This document shows, piece after piece, positions 50,866-63,900 of a DNA stretch of 64,000 nt. Numbering within the stretch: position 1 is the stretch's first letter; each line of letters begins with the position of its first letter. Origin of the DNA: Utricularia gibba (lineage: Eukaryota > Plantae > Magnoliophyta); assembly GCA_002189035.1 (NCBI GenBank), contig NEEC01000011.1, forward strand, positions 186,001 to 250,000. Reading direction: 5' to 3'. Position numbers and translations under genes: made by a program. The notes below the pieces were generated by a model that saw only the letters and a list, made by a program, of their open reading frames with translations, did not search any database and was not told the origin of the DNA.

Positions 50866-52206
50866 CTAGAATACCAAGGAAAATGCACACCTTCTCAATA
50901 ATACGGTATACCAAGAATTAGTGATGCCTACATAATCACAGAGTAATACACACAACCTTCTAAATAAATTATGATTCATCCGGATTTCCTCTAACAATGT
51001 GTGAACATCAGTAACAAGGTCATGAAAATGTTCTAATTATCTTGATATCTGTATTGTATAAGAATAATGATATCACAATAATGTGGACAATAATATTGTG
51101 CTGGTTATAATTTAAGAGCACATTTGCAATAGAATGAATATCACAATAATATAGACAATAGCTAAATTCCTATTCAACATATCAGCAAACACCAACAAAT
51201 CGCTCTGCTCCTCAAATGAATCTATTTTGAAGTTACAAGAAGTCCTAGTGAAAATAGAGACAGCATGATATAAAATTGAAATACAATCAATGACTTTGAA
51301 TCGTATTCAGAAAACCGCAAACATCAAAAATCATAAGTCTTACTATATAGCAAAGGATACGATGGACACAATTATATAAAAAGAGAAAGAAGCAACTGAA
51401 TACCAAATTCAAATACAACAAATCGAAAATCGAGGGATGTACGTACTGATGCGATGAACGATTTCTGTTGTCAAACACGTCTTTTTTCACTTGGACAAGT
51501 GAGAATCACTAGTGGGTCGATCAATTCGAACCCAAGATTGAAATTGGAGTTTCAGTATGATGAATTTAGCAATCCTCAATTCAAGAAACAAAAGGGTTAA
51601 GTTTTTTATTCGATTTTAGTCTTAAGTTAAAGTGTAAATTACTAAACAATTGAGGACAATGTGGTAATTTCATATATTTCGTGAAATGAAATAAATTATT
51701 ATAAATTTAACAATGGATGAAAAAAATATATTAATTACTAAAATCAAATTATGTATTTAAGTATACAGTGAATATGTGCATATACCAATTACCAAATACA
51801 ACCTAAGACAAGGTTGTCTTCTAGGCTTGCCTCCCACCCATGGCATGCACGCCTACACCTTGCACACTCCCGACTATGCCTCCACTCAATAGATGCCCAT
51901 TCAACAATGGATGGACGGCGGTGTCGGTGGTTGGTAATCCAAAGAAAAAAATAAGAATTTCAAATTAGGAGTCAATTTTATCATAATTAAAACACAGTGA
52001 CTATTGTTTTGTTCGATTTTTGAGAACCTAATATACTATTTAGATAAGCAAGAAAGATTATATATGTACTGATAAAAAAATAAAGATTATTTATGCAATT
52101 ATTTTCATGCATAATTGTGCCTCATGAAGAGTTGCGTTTTCCTGTCCCGAAAAAAGAAGTCCTCATCTGGACAGCTAGCTCATCGCTGGGGCTGTCTCGC
52201 TTTACG

Positions 52207-52244
52207 CCCCCGCCCCGGCCCCGGCCCCTTCCCGGGCCCCTCCC
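52207..52244 (-). promoter_or_regulatory. Potential G-quadruplex motif upstream of the LRR-RLK
   Basis: Minus strand reads GGGAGGGGCCCGGGAAGGGGCCGGGGCCGGGGCGGGGG (seven G-runs of 3 or more). Confidence 0.55.
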
Positions 52245-52968
52245 ACGCTTCTTTTTCATCAATGCTTCCATATAAAAATAATTCCCGCCTCCAGTTAATC
52301 CGCTGTATACATATATATCTATACTCTTTTGGTTTACTGATTTCCTCCTCTCTCTCGGTCCCTCTTTCCCTCCCATGTCAAGTCGCTCTCTCTCACCAGG
52401 CACGAGGCCATGGGCGCAGCTCAGCTCAGCTCCGCCAACCACTCCCAGAAGAAAACCCCCTTTGTTGGGTAGGTGCAGTGAAGGGAAGGGAAGGGAAGCA
52501 TTTACTGGTCTCACCCCAACCGCGGCTCCACGTAGGATGGATGCATGTCCCTGCCCCAACCGGAGGGATCTGCCGCGCGCCAGGCCGTAATAAAATCCGC
52601 TTCAACTGCCCGCGCGATGCCCTCGTCCTTTTCCATTTAATGCTCCACTCTCCACTTCGGAGGGGAGTCTCACACAACCAACACACTTCAAGCTGTGTAC
52701 CACCCGGGGTGCCGTGCCAACCCGCTTTTTTCCTGCCTCCCTTCTTTCGATTTTCCCTACCCCTGCTTTCCCCCTGTAAATTTGCCCTCTTGCCGCCTCC
52801 AAGACCATTCCGGTGAAAGTAGTAATTTTGGGGGCGGAAGCGTTTCCCCTCATCGAGGAACAAGATTCCCCACGGGTATTGCTTTCCTTTTGACCGGGAA
52901 TTCTCTAGCCAACGAGGTTGTGTTCCTGAGCTGCTCTTGGAATTTGTGGGTGTGTGTCTGCGCTACCT

Positions 52969-53157
52969 ATGAGAAAGCAGCATTCCATCGGTGCATTTCG
53001 CCCGCCTGTTTGTATTTTGCGGAATTCTTGACTGTTGCGAAGAGCTGTATAGATCTCCCTGGGGACCTTCCAGGGTTTCAACTCTAGTCTTTTTAGAGCA
53101 TACTCTTTTTAGTGTTTCGTTATTGCATTCTTTTGGATCAATCAGGCTATGTGCTAA
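52969..53157 (+). promoter_or_regulatory. Two candidate uORFs (52969-53031, 20 aa; 53149-53157, M-C-stop)
   Basis: ATG-to-stop ORFs within 230 bp upstream of the main ATG. TSS and leader splicing are unknown. Confidence 0.3.
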
Positions 53158-53197
53158 AAGGGTTGGATCACCCGATTCTCAAAACAAGAGAAAAAAA

Positions 53198-56139
53198 ATG
53201 AGATGCCTATATGCTCTTCTATTGCTCATTTCTTTATCATCAGTCTTGGTGAATTCCATCATTCCTTCCTTGAATGACGACGTCTTGGGGCTTATTGTTT
53301 TCAAGGCTGATATTCAAGATCCTGCTGGGAAATTAGCTTCTTGGAATGAAGAAGATGACAGCCCTTGTAACTGGGTTGGTGTAAAGTGCAACCCCAGATC
53401 CAAAAGAGTTTCTGAACTTTCCCTTGACGGGTTTAGCCTCTCTGGCAAATTGAGCAAAGGGCTTCTTCAGCTGCACTTTCTCCGCAAGCTGTCTTTGGCA
53501 AGAAACAACCTAACGGGAAGCTTAACTCTCAGTTTAACACAGCTCCCTGATTTGAAATGGCTCGACTTGAACGAAAACAGTATCTCTGGGTGTATCCCCA
53601 GCGACTTTTTCACCCGCTGCGGGTCTTTGAGATCCATTTCCTTGGCAGCAAATGCGTTCTCTGGCCCAATCCCTGAGAGTTTGGGCTCTTGCCTCTCACT
53701 TGTATCCCTCAACTTTTCAAGTAATCAGTTGTCTGGATCGTTGCCGTTAGGACTCTGGTCATTATCTGGTCTCAGATCTCTCGACATGTCCAATAACTTG
53801 TTGGTGATCAAGTCCCTGAAGCGATTGAGCATTTGAGCAATCTCAGAGCATTAAACTTGAGGAATAATCGGTTTACTGGGGAAGTTCCTCGTGGGATTGG
53901 GGGGTGCTTTTTGTTGAGATCAATTGATTTGAGCAACAACTTTTTTCAGGGGTTGCTTCCAAGCACAATGCGGAAGCTTTCTTTGTGCAGCAGGGTCGTT
54001 GTGGGAAGAAACAAATTGACAGCCGAGTTGCCTGCATGGATTGGAGAAATGACTAGCGTTGAGTTTCTGGATCTTTCTTCAAACAACTTTACTGGCAACA
54101 TCCCTGCTTCATTTGGCATGCTTCGATCTTTGAAATTCCTCAATATATCACGCAATGCCCTTTCTGGGAGCGTGCCTGAGGCTATTGGAGACTGCCTGAA
54201 TCTTCTTGTCCTTGACATGAGTCATAACTCTTTAACAAGCAGTCTACCATCTTGGTTATTTAAGATTGGAGTGCAGCAGGTTCTGGTTTCCAATAATGGA
54301 TTCAGTGGAAGTCTAAATTATGTTTTTGAATCAGCTGTGGAGAATTCCAAGGAAAAGCTCTTGTTTTTGGATGTCTCTGATAATAAGCTATCTAGTGAAA
54401 TTCCTTCTGCCATTGGAGGCTTTAGCAGCTTGCGGTACTTGAGCATGGCAAGGAACTTGCTCACCGGCAGCCTTCCACTGACCTTTGGAAATTTGGGGAG
54501 CTTGGACTTCCTTGATTTGAGTGATAATGCACTGAACGGCAGCATACCCATCTCCATCAGCTATTGTTCGGCTCTTATTTCCTTGTAAGTTTCTTCTCAA
54601 TTTCATGAGTTGATTATTCTATCAAGTTCTTATTCCATGTATCTAATAATCTGGTCTTTTGTTGAATCTGGAAGATTTCTTGCTCGTAATCAGTTAGCCG
54701 GTTCTGTACCTGGATCACTTGCAAAGCTCAGTCACCTAGAAGACGTGGACTTGAGTTCTAATAAGCTGACAGGCACTCTGCCAAAGCAGTTGACTGATCT
54801 TCTGAATCTTAAGCTGTTCAACATTTCACACAATGAGCTACAAGGTGAACTGCCCGGGGGTGCATTCTTTGACACTATCGATCCATCTTCAGTGTCCGAA
54901 AATCCATCCCTCTGTGGAGCTGCAGTAAAAAGAAGCTGCCCCACTGTTGTTCCTAAGCCGCTGGTTCTCAATCCAAATTCAACTGATGCAGCACCCGGTT
55001 TGATGCCCCCTGCTTTTGGTGCTGGAAGGAAGATTCTTAGCATATCTGCCCTCATTGCAATAGGAGCTGCTGCAGCTATTGTAATTGGCGTGGTCGGTAT
55101 CACGATACTCAATCTTCATGTGCGTACTGCAACGTCCAACTCTGCTGCACCTCTTAACTTCTCCGGAGGTGATGAGTTTAGCCGCTCCTCATCCACAGAT
55201 GGTGAGTCAGGGAAGCTGGTTATGTTTTCTGGTGATCCTGATTTTCGCGCATCAACACATGCGCTGCTGAACAAAGACTGTGAGCTGGGGCGTGGTGGAT
55301 TTGGAGCTGTTTACAAGACCATGCTTGGCAACGGGCGCCCTGTGGCCATCAAGAAGTTGACCGTTTCAAGCATCGTCAAGTCGCAACAAGATTTCGAAAG
55401 GGAAGTGAGGTTGTTGGGGAAAGCCAGGCATTCCAACCTGGTGGCTCTTGATGGCTATTACTGGTCTGCTTCTCTGCAACTCCTCATATATGAATTCGTC
55501 TCTGGTGGGAATTTATACAAGCATCTGCACGAAGAGTCTGAGGTAGGGTGCCTCCCCTGGAACGAGAGATTCAACATAATTCTTGGTACAGCAAGAGGGT
55601 TGGCTCATCTCCACCAAATGAACGTCATCCACTACAATATAAAATCAAGCAACATCTTGATCGACAGCAAGGGGGAGGCAAAGGTTGCGGATTACGGCCT
55701 AGCGAGACTCCTTCCCATGCTGGACCGTTACGTGCTGAGCAGCAAGATCCAGTGTGCACTCGGTTACATGGCGCCTGAGTTCTCTTGCAACACCATAAAG
55801 ATAACTGAGAAATGTGACGTGTATGGGTTCGGGATCTTGGTTCTGGAGATTGTGAGTGGGAAGAGGCCGGTTGAGTACATGGAGGATGACGTTGTGGTTC
55901 TTTCAGACATGATCAGAGGAGCGCTGGATGAAGGGAAAGTTGAGGAATGCGTGGACAGTCGTCTACAGGGGAAGTTTCCGGCGGAGAGCGTCATCCATGT
56001 GGCCAAGTTAGCGCTGCTCTGCACATCGCACCTGCCATCCCATCGGCCACAAATGAGCGAAGCCGTGAGCATGTTGGAGCGCATGAGTTGCACATCCGCA
56101 AGCCCGAGCGAGTCCCCGGACTCGAGTAACTGCTACTAG
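53198..56139 (+). CDS. LRR receptor-like kinase, LRR-VII, IRK/PXC2-like. Exons 53198-54584 and 54675-56139; apparent 1-nt frameshift near 53801-53806
   Basis: Signal peptide, SLNDDVLGLIVFKAD..LASWNEEDD.PCNW.GVKC, an LRR array, TM segment, GKLVMFSG, LLNKDCELGRGGFG, HYNIKSSN and DRYVLSSKIQ.ALGYMAPEF. GT-AG intron 54585-54674 keeps frame. About 950 aa if one base is restored. Confidence 0.92.
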
Positions 56140-56783
56140 GAAATGGATGGGATGGATTTCACATGTGCAAAACAAAACCGGATCCTCTTCGCCGCGTGCT
56201 GCGCTGCTATGCCCGGCTTCTGCTGCTGCACTCTCACTTGTCGTTGATCTTGTACTCCTTTTTTCAACTTGCGATACCTTTGGAATTAGAAGCTTCCGTT
56301 GGCTCTCTCTAGTCTAGCTGGAGATTTCTTGCAATTTGCAAATGGGGTGTGAAATTATAAAAAGATGTTCATAGAATCAAGTAGAGCTGATTTATCCATT
56401 TTTAGAGTAACACGTCTTCTTCTTGTAGACTTTGAGAATTATGCTCCATCAAATCAAATTCGATTCGAAGGCGGGGGGGTGTGGGAGTAAAGTGTTTTTC
56501 CCTAATTTTTATTTAATAGGTATAATTAATCCTCAAGTTTTTTATTTCAATTCAAAACCAGATTTCGAAACCTTCAATTGAACCAAAATTGGAACCGTAC
56601 GGATGGTTTTGATTCAAAATTGGAACCGATAACCTTGAATCAAATCGGCATCTAAACTAATCGATTAATGTTTGAATGCGTTTTCCAGGCACTCATATGA
56701 ACCATTGTGAGTGTCTGGTAATGAAGTTTTTAATAATTTTTAATTTTATATGTTTTGATATTAGCAAATAATATATTTAATAT

Positions 56784-57946
56784 TGATGGTAATTTTACAA
56801 TTGCACAGAAACCGTCAAAGTAATAAAATAAGGTTATATCCACATTGAACTTTATTGGAATTTACTTTTCAATATTGGAATTTACTTTTCAAACAAAGAT
56901 TGAAAAAGATTGAAAACAAAGAAAAGCTTTGGTTTTAAAAACAATAAGAAAAGTGGTCTTTGATCTAAGATCCAACTTCCTTAAAACTCATCCTTGCGTA
57001 TGTGCAAACCTTGAAGAATGACCTGCTTGCGTAAGCTTTGAGAGTGTTATTCTAAAATAGTATTACTTAGTGACCGTTATAGCACCGTTCCTTGTTTTGT
57101 AGGATTATGAAATCAACCAGAGACATTTCACCTCTTGTAATAATCTATGTTTTCCCAACACTCAAATCTAACCCCTATGCCCTCACCTCACAGATAGATT
57201 AGACAGAATGTGTCTTACCAATGATGTCCAATTGAGCCCTTCTCTTTAAGTGCTTGAGGCCAACCTTTGATTCTCCTAAACTCCATTAGGGTTATATGAT
57301 ACTAAAGATCACGTTGGTAAAAAAAGACATTGTGAAAAACAGAATCAAACCTCAAATTAAATGCTGGAAAATATAGTAAGTCAGTCAAACACGCAGGAGT
57401 TGCGCAAGAAAGGCTTCACTGTAGATCCTGAACTGCAAGCGCTCACACACGCATGCTCGACTCTAAACAACAAAAGTTGATGAAAGATGAAAAAAAAGGA
57501 ATCCAAAGCATGCTAGATTCGACTCTAAACCCTAAAATTGACTCTATCGTCGACAATTCAATCTTCGGGTTTGGATCTTTACATAATGATCGGAACTTGT
57601 CGGGCTTTCTTAATAGGCTTACATCAAATCTTCTATCTGAATCTTCTAAGATTTGATACAAATCTTCTAAAATAAGATCCAAATTTTTTAAGATATGATA
57701 CGAATCTTATCTCATCTAGATAGACCAAATATTTGCCTCCATCAAGGTTAACTCGAAAATACTCCAAATTATTCCAAAATTATTTTGAAAAATCACAAAA
57801 CACAATTTACCTCCAAAAAGATTAAAGTGATATTAAAGATATAAATTTTTTTTAAAAACACAAGGAAAATGAGATAAAAAGAATGCGAAACCCATCTAAG
57901 TGAATCATACAAAATATCAATATAAGTGACACAAAATCACTTATCA
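56784..57946. mobile_element. Solo LTR (family C)
   Basis: TGATGG...CTTATCA with aatat/aataa TSD (4/5); collinear with 16034-16929. Confidence 0.85.
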
Positions 57947-59959
57947 AATAATATCAATTTTTGTATATCACAAAATCTATGTGATATATTATGTTAATTT
58001 ATCAAATACCTTAATTTAGAATAGTTTCTAGAATATCTTAATAAATTATAATCAAAATGAATATAATTTGTGAATTAATGAATTATAAAATTAATAGCAA
58101 TTGAGAATACATGTGATAAAATTAATTTATTAAAAAAAATACAACAAAATTAGAAATCATATAAAACAAATAAAGCTATTTTTGTGTATTTATTTTATAT
58201 TTAAATAGATAGTTTTTATATAATATTTTGTAAATATTATCTATTTTGAAAACTAAAATCAAAACATCATCTATTTCATAAATTTTTTTTTAAATTTCAT
58301 CTATTTTGGAAATGAAAAATAAAAAAATTATATAAATTAGATTTACAAAATTAAAATCACACATTTCACACCTATTTTGCATAACCGTTTCTAAACACCC
58401 TTAGCAGTCATTAAGGGTGGCTAGAGTAGATCCTAAGCACCCTTTGGAATGAATATGAGTGCTTGACAATTCGATAACCACAACCAAAAAGGATACGCTG
58501 CCCAAACATACTTAATAGTGGTTATGCATGTCGAGTATGATCAGAGGCACTCTTAGAAATCAGTATGAGTGCCTCAAAATTGATCTAGCGGATCACCATT
58601 CACTGGAAATCAGTATGAGTGCCAACTACAATGTGATTGTTCACAATAACTAATATTAGAGGTTAATTCTAACTATCCCATATGAATGCATAATAATCCC
58701 ATAAGACATATCCCTCACATATGGATAGCTGTTGATAACATCGTTTTTATTGCATTTTTTGTATGTATTTTTAAGGATGTTTTACATGGTAAAATATTGT
58801 TTCGTGTGTCTAATTGCTTCCTTTTTGTGTGTCTAGTCGGTAGGAATATGTTTATTGTGAAAATTGGCTCATTTGGCAATAATTGAGCCGAAAACTCTAA
58901 TATTTTCTTTTAGCTTGTGTCTAAGTTTTAACAAGATAAGAGCTAGTACTAACAGCATACTTTCCATGTTGATAAGTCAAAAGTGACAGAAAAACTTTGA
59001 AAAAGTTATTTTTCGCCGAAAGCAACCACATTCTGAAAAGATAAGATATGGATCAAAGATATTCCTTCTAGAAACCCATTGAAAAGATAGAGATACCCTT
59101 CCCTTGAGCGGTAAAATAAAAGATGAAGTAGGAGAGAGACAGCTTACAAAAGGAGCGTGAGCAGAGGGGAATGGGGTTCTCTAGCGAAAAGCTCTGACCA
59201 GCCTCAAATCTACATTTCTAGATCGTATTTCCGCCCAAAACTTCACACTCCAGCGATCTACAGCCCATAGAAGCAGCCTGAAACTTTTATTTTTATTTTT
59301 TGCACTCCCGTTTCCATTGAACTTGCTACTGTTACCTTCTACGTTTCCATACTTACCTTTATGTTCTTGGTGCTTGGTTGTGAATAAGAAACATCATGTA
59401 TACTTTATTTTAGCTTATGAACTTGTTTATGTTTGAATTCTTCAATCTTTGGTTCTTGAGTTTAACATGTTTACTGTTCATATGACCCTTTGCTCTGTTT
59501 TTGGGTTTGTTAAAGCTAGGTTTAAGTCTATGGTCTCTCTTGAGTGACACAAGATTCAAACCCTGGGGTAAAACCCAACCAAATCACTATCATTTTAAAT
59601 TTTCCATGCACTCTTGTTATTTTCTAAGCTTCTTCATCCCCGTCAACACCGACTTCATCATTGGTTTTAGCAGCATCATCATCCTGGCGTTCGTGCTTAG
59701 CAGGCATCTTGGGAGAGATTTTATGCAATTCTCAAGAACAAGTGATGGATTTTGAAACAAAGTGAACATTAGGAGTGCATTTACCCCCAAATTCACAAGG
59801 GATAAGGGTAATTTCGTAAAATCCAGTGTTTAATCACAATTCCTGAAAATAACTCCCTTGCAACTATGACATATTACCCCTTTTTCTTCTCAGGAACACA
59901 AAGCACGTCACAATAACTCCTACTTTAATCTAATAGAACAAAATAAAATAAAAATAAAA

Positions 59960-62900
59960 ATAAAAACTGACATAATTACAAACTTGAGTTGTCTCCCAAG
60001 AGCGTCCCTATTTCTAGTCTTCAACTCGACTTCCATCATTTCTACATTGTTACTGTATCCCTCGGAATAAAAATTATATTGGTGTCTCTATCATAAATCT
60101 CCACCATTCCATTTGGGAAAACTTCCTTCACCACAAATGAACAAACCTAGAGAGATTTGATTTTCGTTGGATGCAACTTCAGTTTAGATTGAAACAGCAA
60201 CACTTTTTGGTCAACTTCCAAAGTTCTTCAGGAAATGTGGTTGCCGTGATAAGTTTTAGTTCTAACTTTGAACAACTTTGAACTCTCATAGGCATCATTT
60301 CTCAACTCTTCTAGTTCTGAGAGCTGTATTTTTTTTTGACTTGCAGTCAGACTTTCATCAAGGTTTAACCTCTTTATAACCCACTAGGCCTTCCTATTCG
60401 GGTTGACTACTTTTTCCAGAATTTGTTTAATTTTCTTGTTTGATACCTATGTTTGGCCATTTGTTTGTGGATGATATGCTGTTGATGGCTTGTATCAAAT
60501 GTTGAACTGCTTCAAAACACTACTTAAAGCCTAAGTACAAAAGTGTGCAATTCTATCATTGATCAGCACCTTAGGAGTCCCATAGTGTACAAAAATATTG
60601 TTATGAAAAAAATCAATGACAATCTTTGCATCATCTATCCTTGTAGGAATGGCTTCAACCCACTTTAAGATATAATTAATGGCCACTAAAATGTAGTTGA
60701 ACCCTATAGAAGTGGGGAATGTACCCATAAAATCAATGCGTCAAACATCAAATAACTCACATACCAAGATTCCTTATTGAGGCATTTCATCTTTATTGAG
60801 TAAATTTTCCACTCTTTGACATGGTTCACACCCTTACAATAAGGATAACAATCTCTAAAAATGTGAGGTCAATAGAATATACAGTCTAAAATTTTTCTCG
60901 CTATCCGGTTTGATTCATGATGGCCACAAAGGGTCCTGCATGACAAGAATTGATAATCTTAGGAATTTCAAGCTAATGAACACACCTTCTAATGATGTCA
61001 TTATTGCATCATTTCCATAAATAAGGATCATCTTAGATATAATATTTGGTTTCACTCTTCAATTTGTTCTTCGTGTGGTAATCAATTCCCCGATGGCATC
61101 ACTCCTGCTGAAAACAAAGTTAGCCAAGTCAGTAAACCGTGGTTCACAAATGTTATTCCTAACTTAGAATAATTTTCCATGCATAAACATTTCAATGATA
61201 GGACTATCATTCTTTTTTCCATCTATCTTGCTTAGACGGTCGGCCACCATGTTCTCATTCCCAAGTATGTCCTTAATTTCAATGTTGAACTCTTGTACAA
61301 GAAGAATCCATTGGATAAGTCTTGGTTTTGAGTCCTTCTCTATCAAGTGCTTTACAGCTGAATGGTCCGTGTAGATAATCACCTTGCTACCTAAAAGATA
61401 ATACCTGAATTTTTCCAAAGAAAATATTACAAATAAAAATTCTCTTTCAATCAAAGTGTAATTTCTTTGCTTCTCATCTAAAATTTTGGAAGCAAAAGAA
61501 ATAACATGATGTTTCCCTTCAACTTTCTGTCTCAAAAACTGCTCTTGCAGCATGACTACTAGCATAATACATAATTTCAAAATCATACCTCCAGTTAGGT
61601 GGTTGTATCATAGGAGTAGTGGTCGTAGCTTCTTTCAAGCAATTAAAAACATTTTTGCATAAATCATCAAAATTAAATTTCACATCATTGTGCAAAAGTT
61701 TACTAAAGAAAAAGCAATCTTAAAAAAATTCTGAATAAATCTCAAAACCAACATGTCCTATAAATAATCTCACACCCTTTACATAAATGGGATACAGTAA
61801 TTCAGTCATAATCTTAATTTTTACTTTATCTACCTCAATACCTTTCCTAGAAATAACATGGACAAACACAATTTCATGATCTATCATAAAATGATATTTT
61901 TCAGAATTAAGAAATATTTTTCTGAAAAATGATATTTTTTTAGAATTAAGAATAAGATTTTTCTCAACACATTTTCACAAGACTTGATCCAAATGGTCTA
62001 AATATGACTCATAATCGTCTCCATATATTGTAAAATCATTCATACAAATTTCAATAAATTCCTCACCAAAGTTGGAGAAGATACTTGTCATACACCTCTG
62101 CAAGGTAGCAGGGGCATTGCACAATGCAAAGGACATCTTTCTATAGGCATAGGTCCCAAATGGACAAATGAAAGTGGTCTTGTTTTGGTTTGTACCTAAA
62201 ATTGCAACTTTGTTATATCCAGAATAACCACCTAAAAAGCAATAAAAAGATTTTTTTTGCTAATTTTTTCGAGCATTTTATTAATGAAAAGTAAAGGGTA
62301 ATAGTGATTTTTAGTCAGTTAATTTAACTTCCTATAGTCTATGCACATGCGTCACTCATTTTAGATTCTTTGTGGCACCATCTCTCCCTTCTCATTCTCC
62401 ATCATTGTCATACTAGTGAGGGAGTGGATAATACGTGCATCATGAAGTTTGATAATTTTCTGTTTTACCACTTCCATCATGTTTGGCACATTTATGGTTG
62501 GCAAACAGGTTTGGCTTCATCTTTTAAAAGAATTATGTGCATGCATATAGAAGAAGAGATTCCTTCAATATCTGCAGGGGTCCAGCCAATCGTCTTCTTG
62601 TTTCTGATCAGCACCTCGAGTAGCTGCATTCTTGGTCTAAGCTAAGATTATTAGAGATGATAACAAGATTTTTCATTTTTTCATCCAAGAATGAGTACTT
62701 CAAGTGCATTGGCAATGGCTTCAACTCTAATGTTCTCTCTTTCAGGGTCTTAATTTGCATAGAATTCACTTCATCTGACCTTGTTTCAGCTTCCGCTCTT
62801 CTTCTCCTTCTCATGAATAGTCTTTCCAAATATCTCATCAGCTTTCATATGTTCTTCCTCTAACAAGTTGGGACATTTGTCAACAATGTGCCTCATTCAA

Positions 62901-63900
62901 TGACAATTCCCGCAAGACATATTCTTAGCTTGGAATAAAAAAAATTCCTTCATCATCTCAGATATAGCTATCACATTTCTCATCAACTTACTTTCTGATG
63001 CCTTTGGCTTCTCATAAACTCTTCTATTTGAAACATGTTTCAGCGAAAAATGATTCCTTATGCTCTTCTTCTCCTTCTCATGAATAGTCTTTCCAAAATG
63101 TTCTTCAACCAATTTATCCATCATATCTAGAGGCTTGTAGAGGTCCTAAATTGAGAGTCTCATACAAAGAAAATGATATCACATTTATGGAGGCTCTCAG
63201 GTCACCCATTGCTCTCCTAATATTCAAGTTGCCAATTTTTCAAGGAATAAAAAAAGTTCTAAGGTCCTTGCTTTTTTTTGGTAGCTTCCAAGTGAGAAGA
63301 GCTGAGAAACTTTCACTCAGCTTCACTTTGCCTTTTTCGTTAGTATGCGCTTAGACATACACATTTGTTTCAAGTATTTCACACTTTTGGGTACCAAGTC
63401 AATATATTCCAGAAATGTCAAATTAATTGAATATTACCTAAAGCTCTCAATATTTTTTCCTTCTCATTTTGTTCCTTTCTTGCCTTTAGCCTTCTTGGTA
63501 ATGGTGGAGAGGTTACTTTCACAATGAGAGGCTTTGTAGCAACCTCCACCTCATGTTCTTCAATAACTCCTTTCACTATAGCTACATACTCATCTCCTGC
63601 CTCTGAATTACTCAGGTTGGACTGATTTTCTTCAACACTTTTCTTTTCTGTTTCTTAATGTCATTACACTAATATTTTGCTCTCCCCCAGAGTTAGGATT
63701 CTATTTGACTTGCAATAGTAGGGTTCATTTTTGCTATAGTTCCCCAATCTCTACTGCCAATTGAGTGACTTGAATTTCCAATTTCTTGATAGCTTGTTGG
63801 TTCTCAGCTTCATTTTTAATAGATTGGGTCATGAAAGTCGTCAAGATCTCCTCTAAAGAATTTCCAGAATTATCCTAGTTTGAAAGCTGAAATTACTGTT
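59960..63900 (-). mobile_element. Degraded Athila-like Ty3/gypsy gag-pol
   Basis: Gag C-terminus and protease (63900-63130), RT (TTFICPFGTYAYRKMSFALCNAPATLQRCM), RNase H ([33 protein letters not shown]) and integrase (YILVAINY..KWVEAIPT). Many stops. Confidence 0.9.

Noticed and set aside
52115-53087. Long ORFs upstream of the kinase, including an RGRG-rich minus-strand ORF
   Set aside because: Explained by high GC and the G-run motif; no recognisable domain, and several frames are open at once.
55620-55700. Kinase catalytic loop HYN instead of HRD
   Set aside because: This is the normal state of IRK/PXC2-type LRR-VII kinases, not a lesion.
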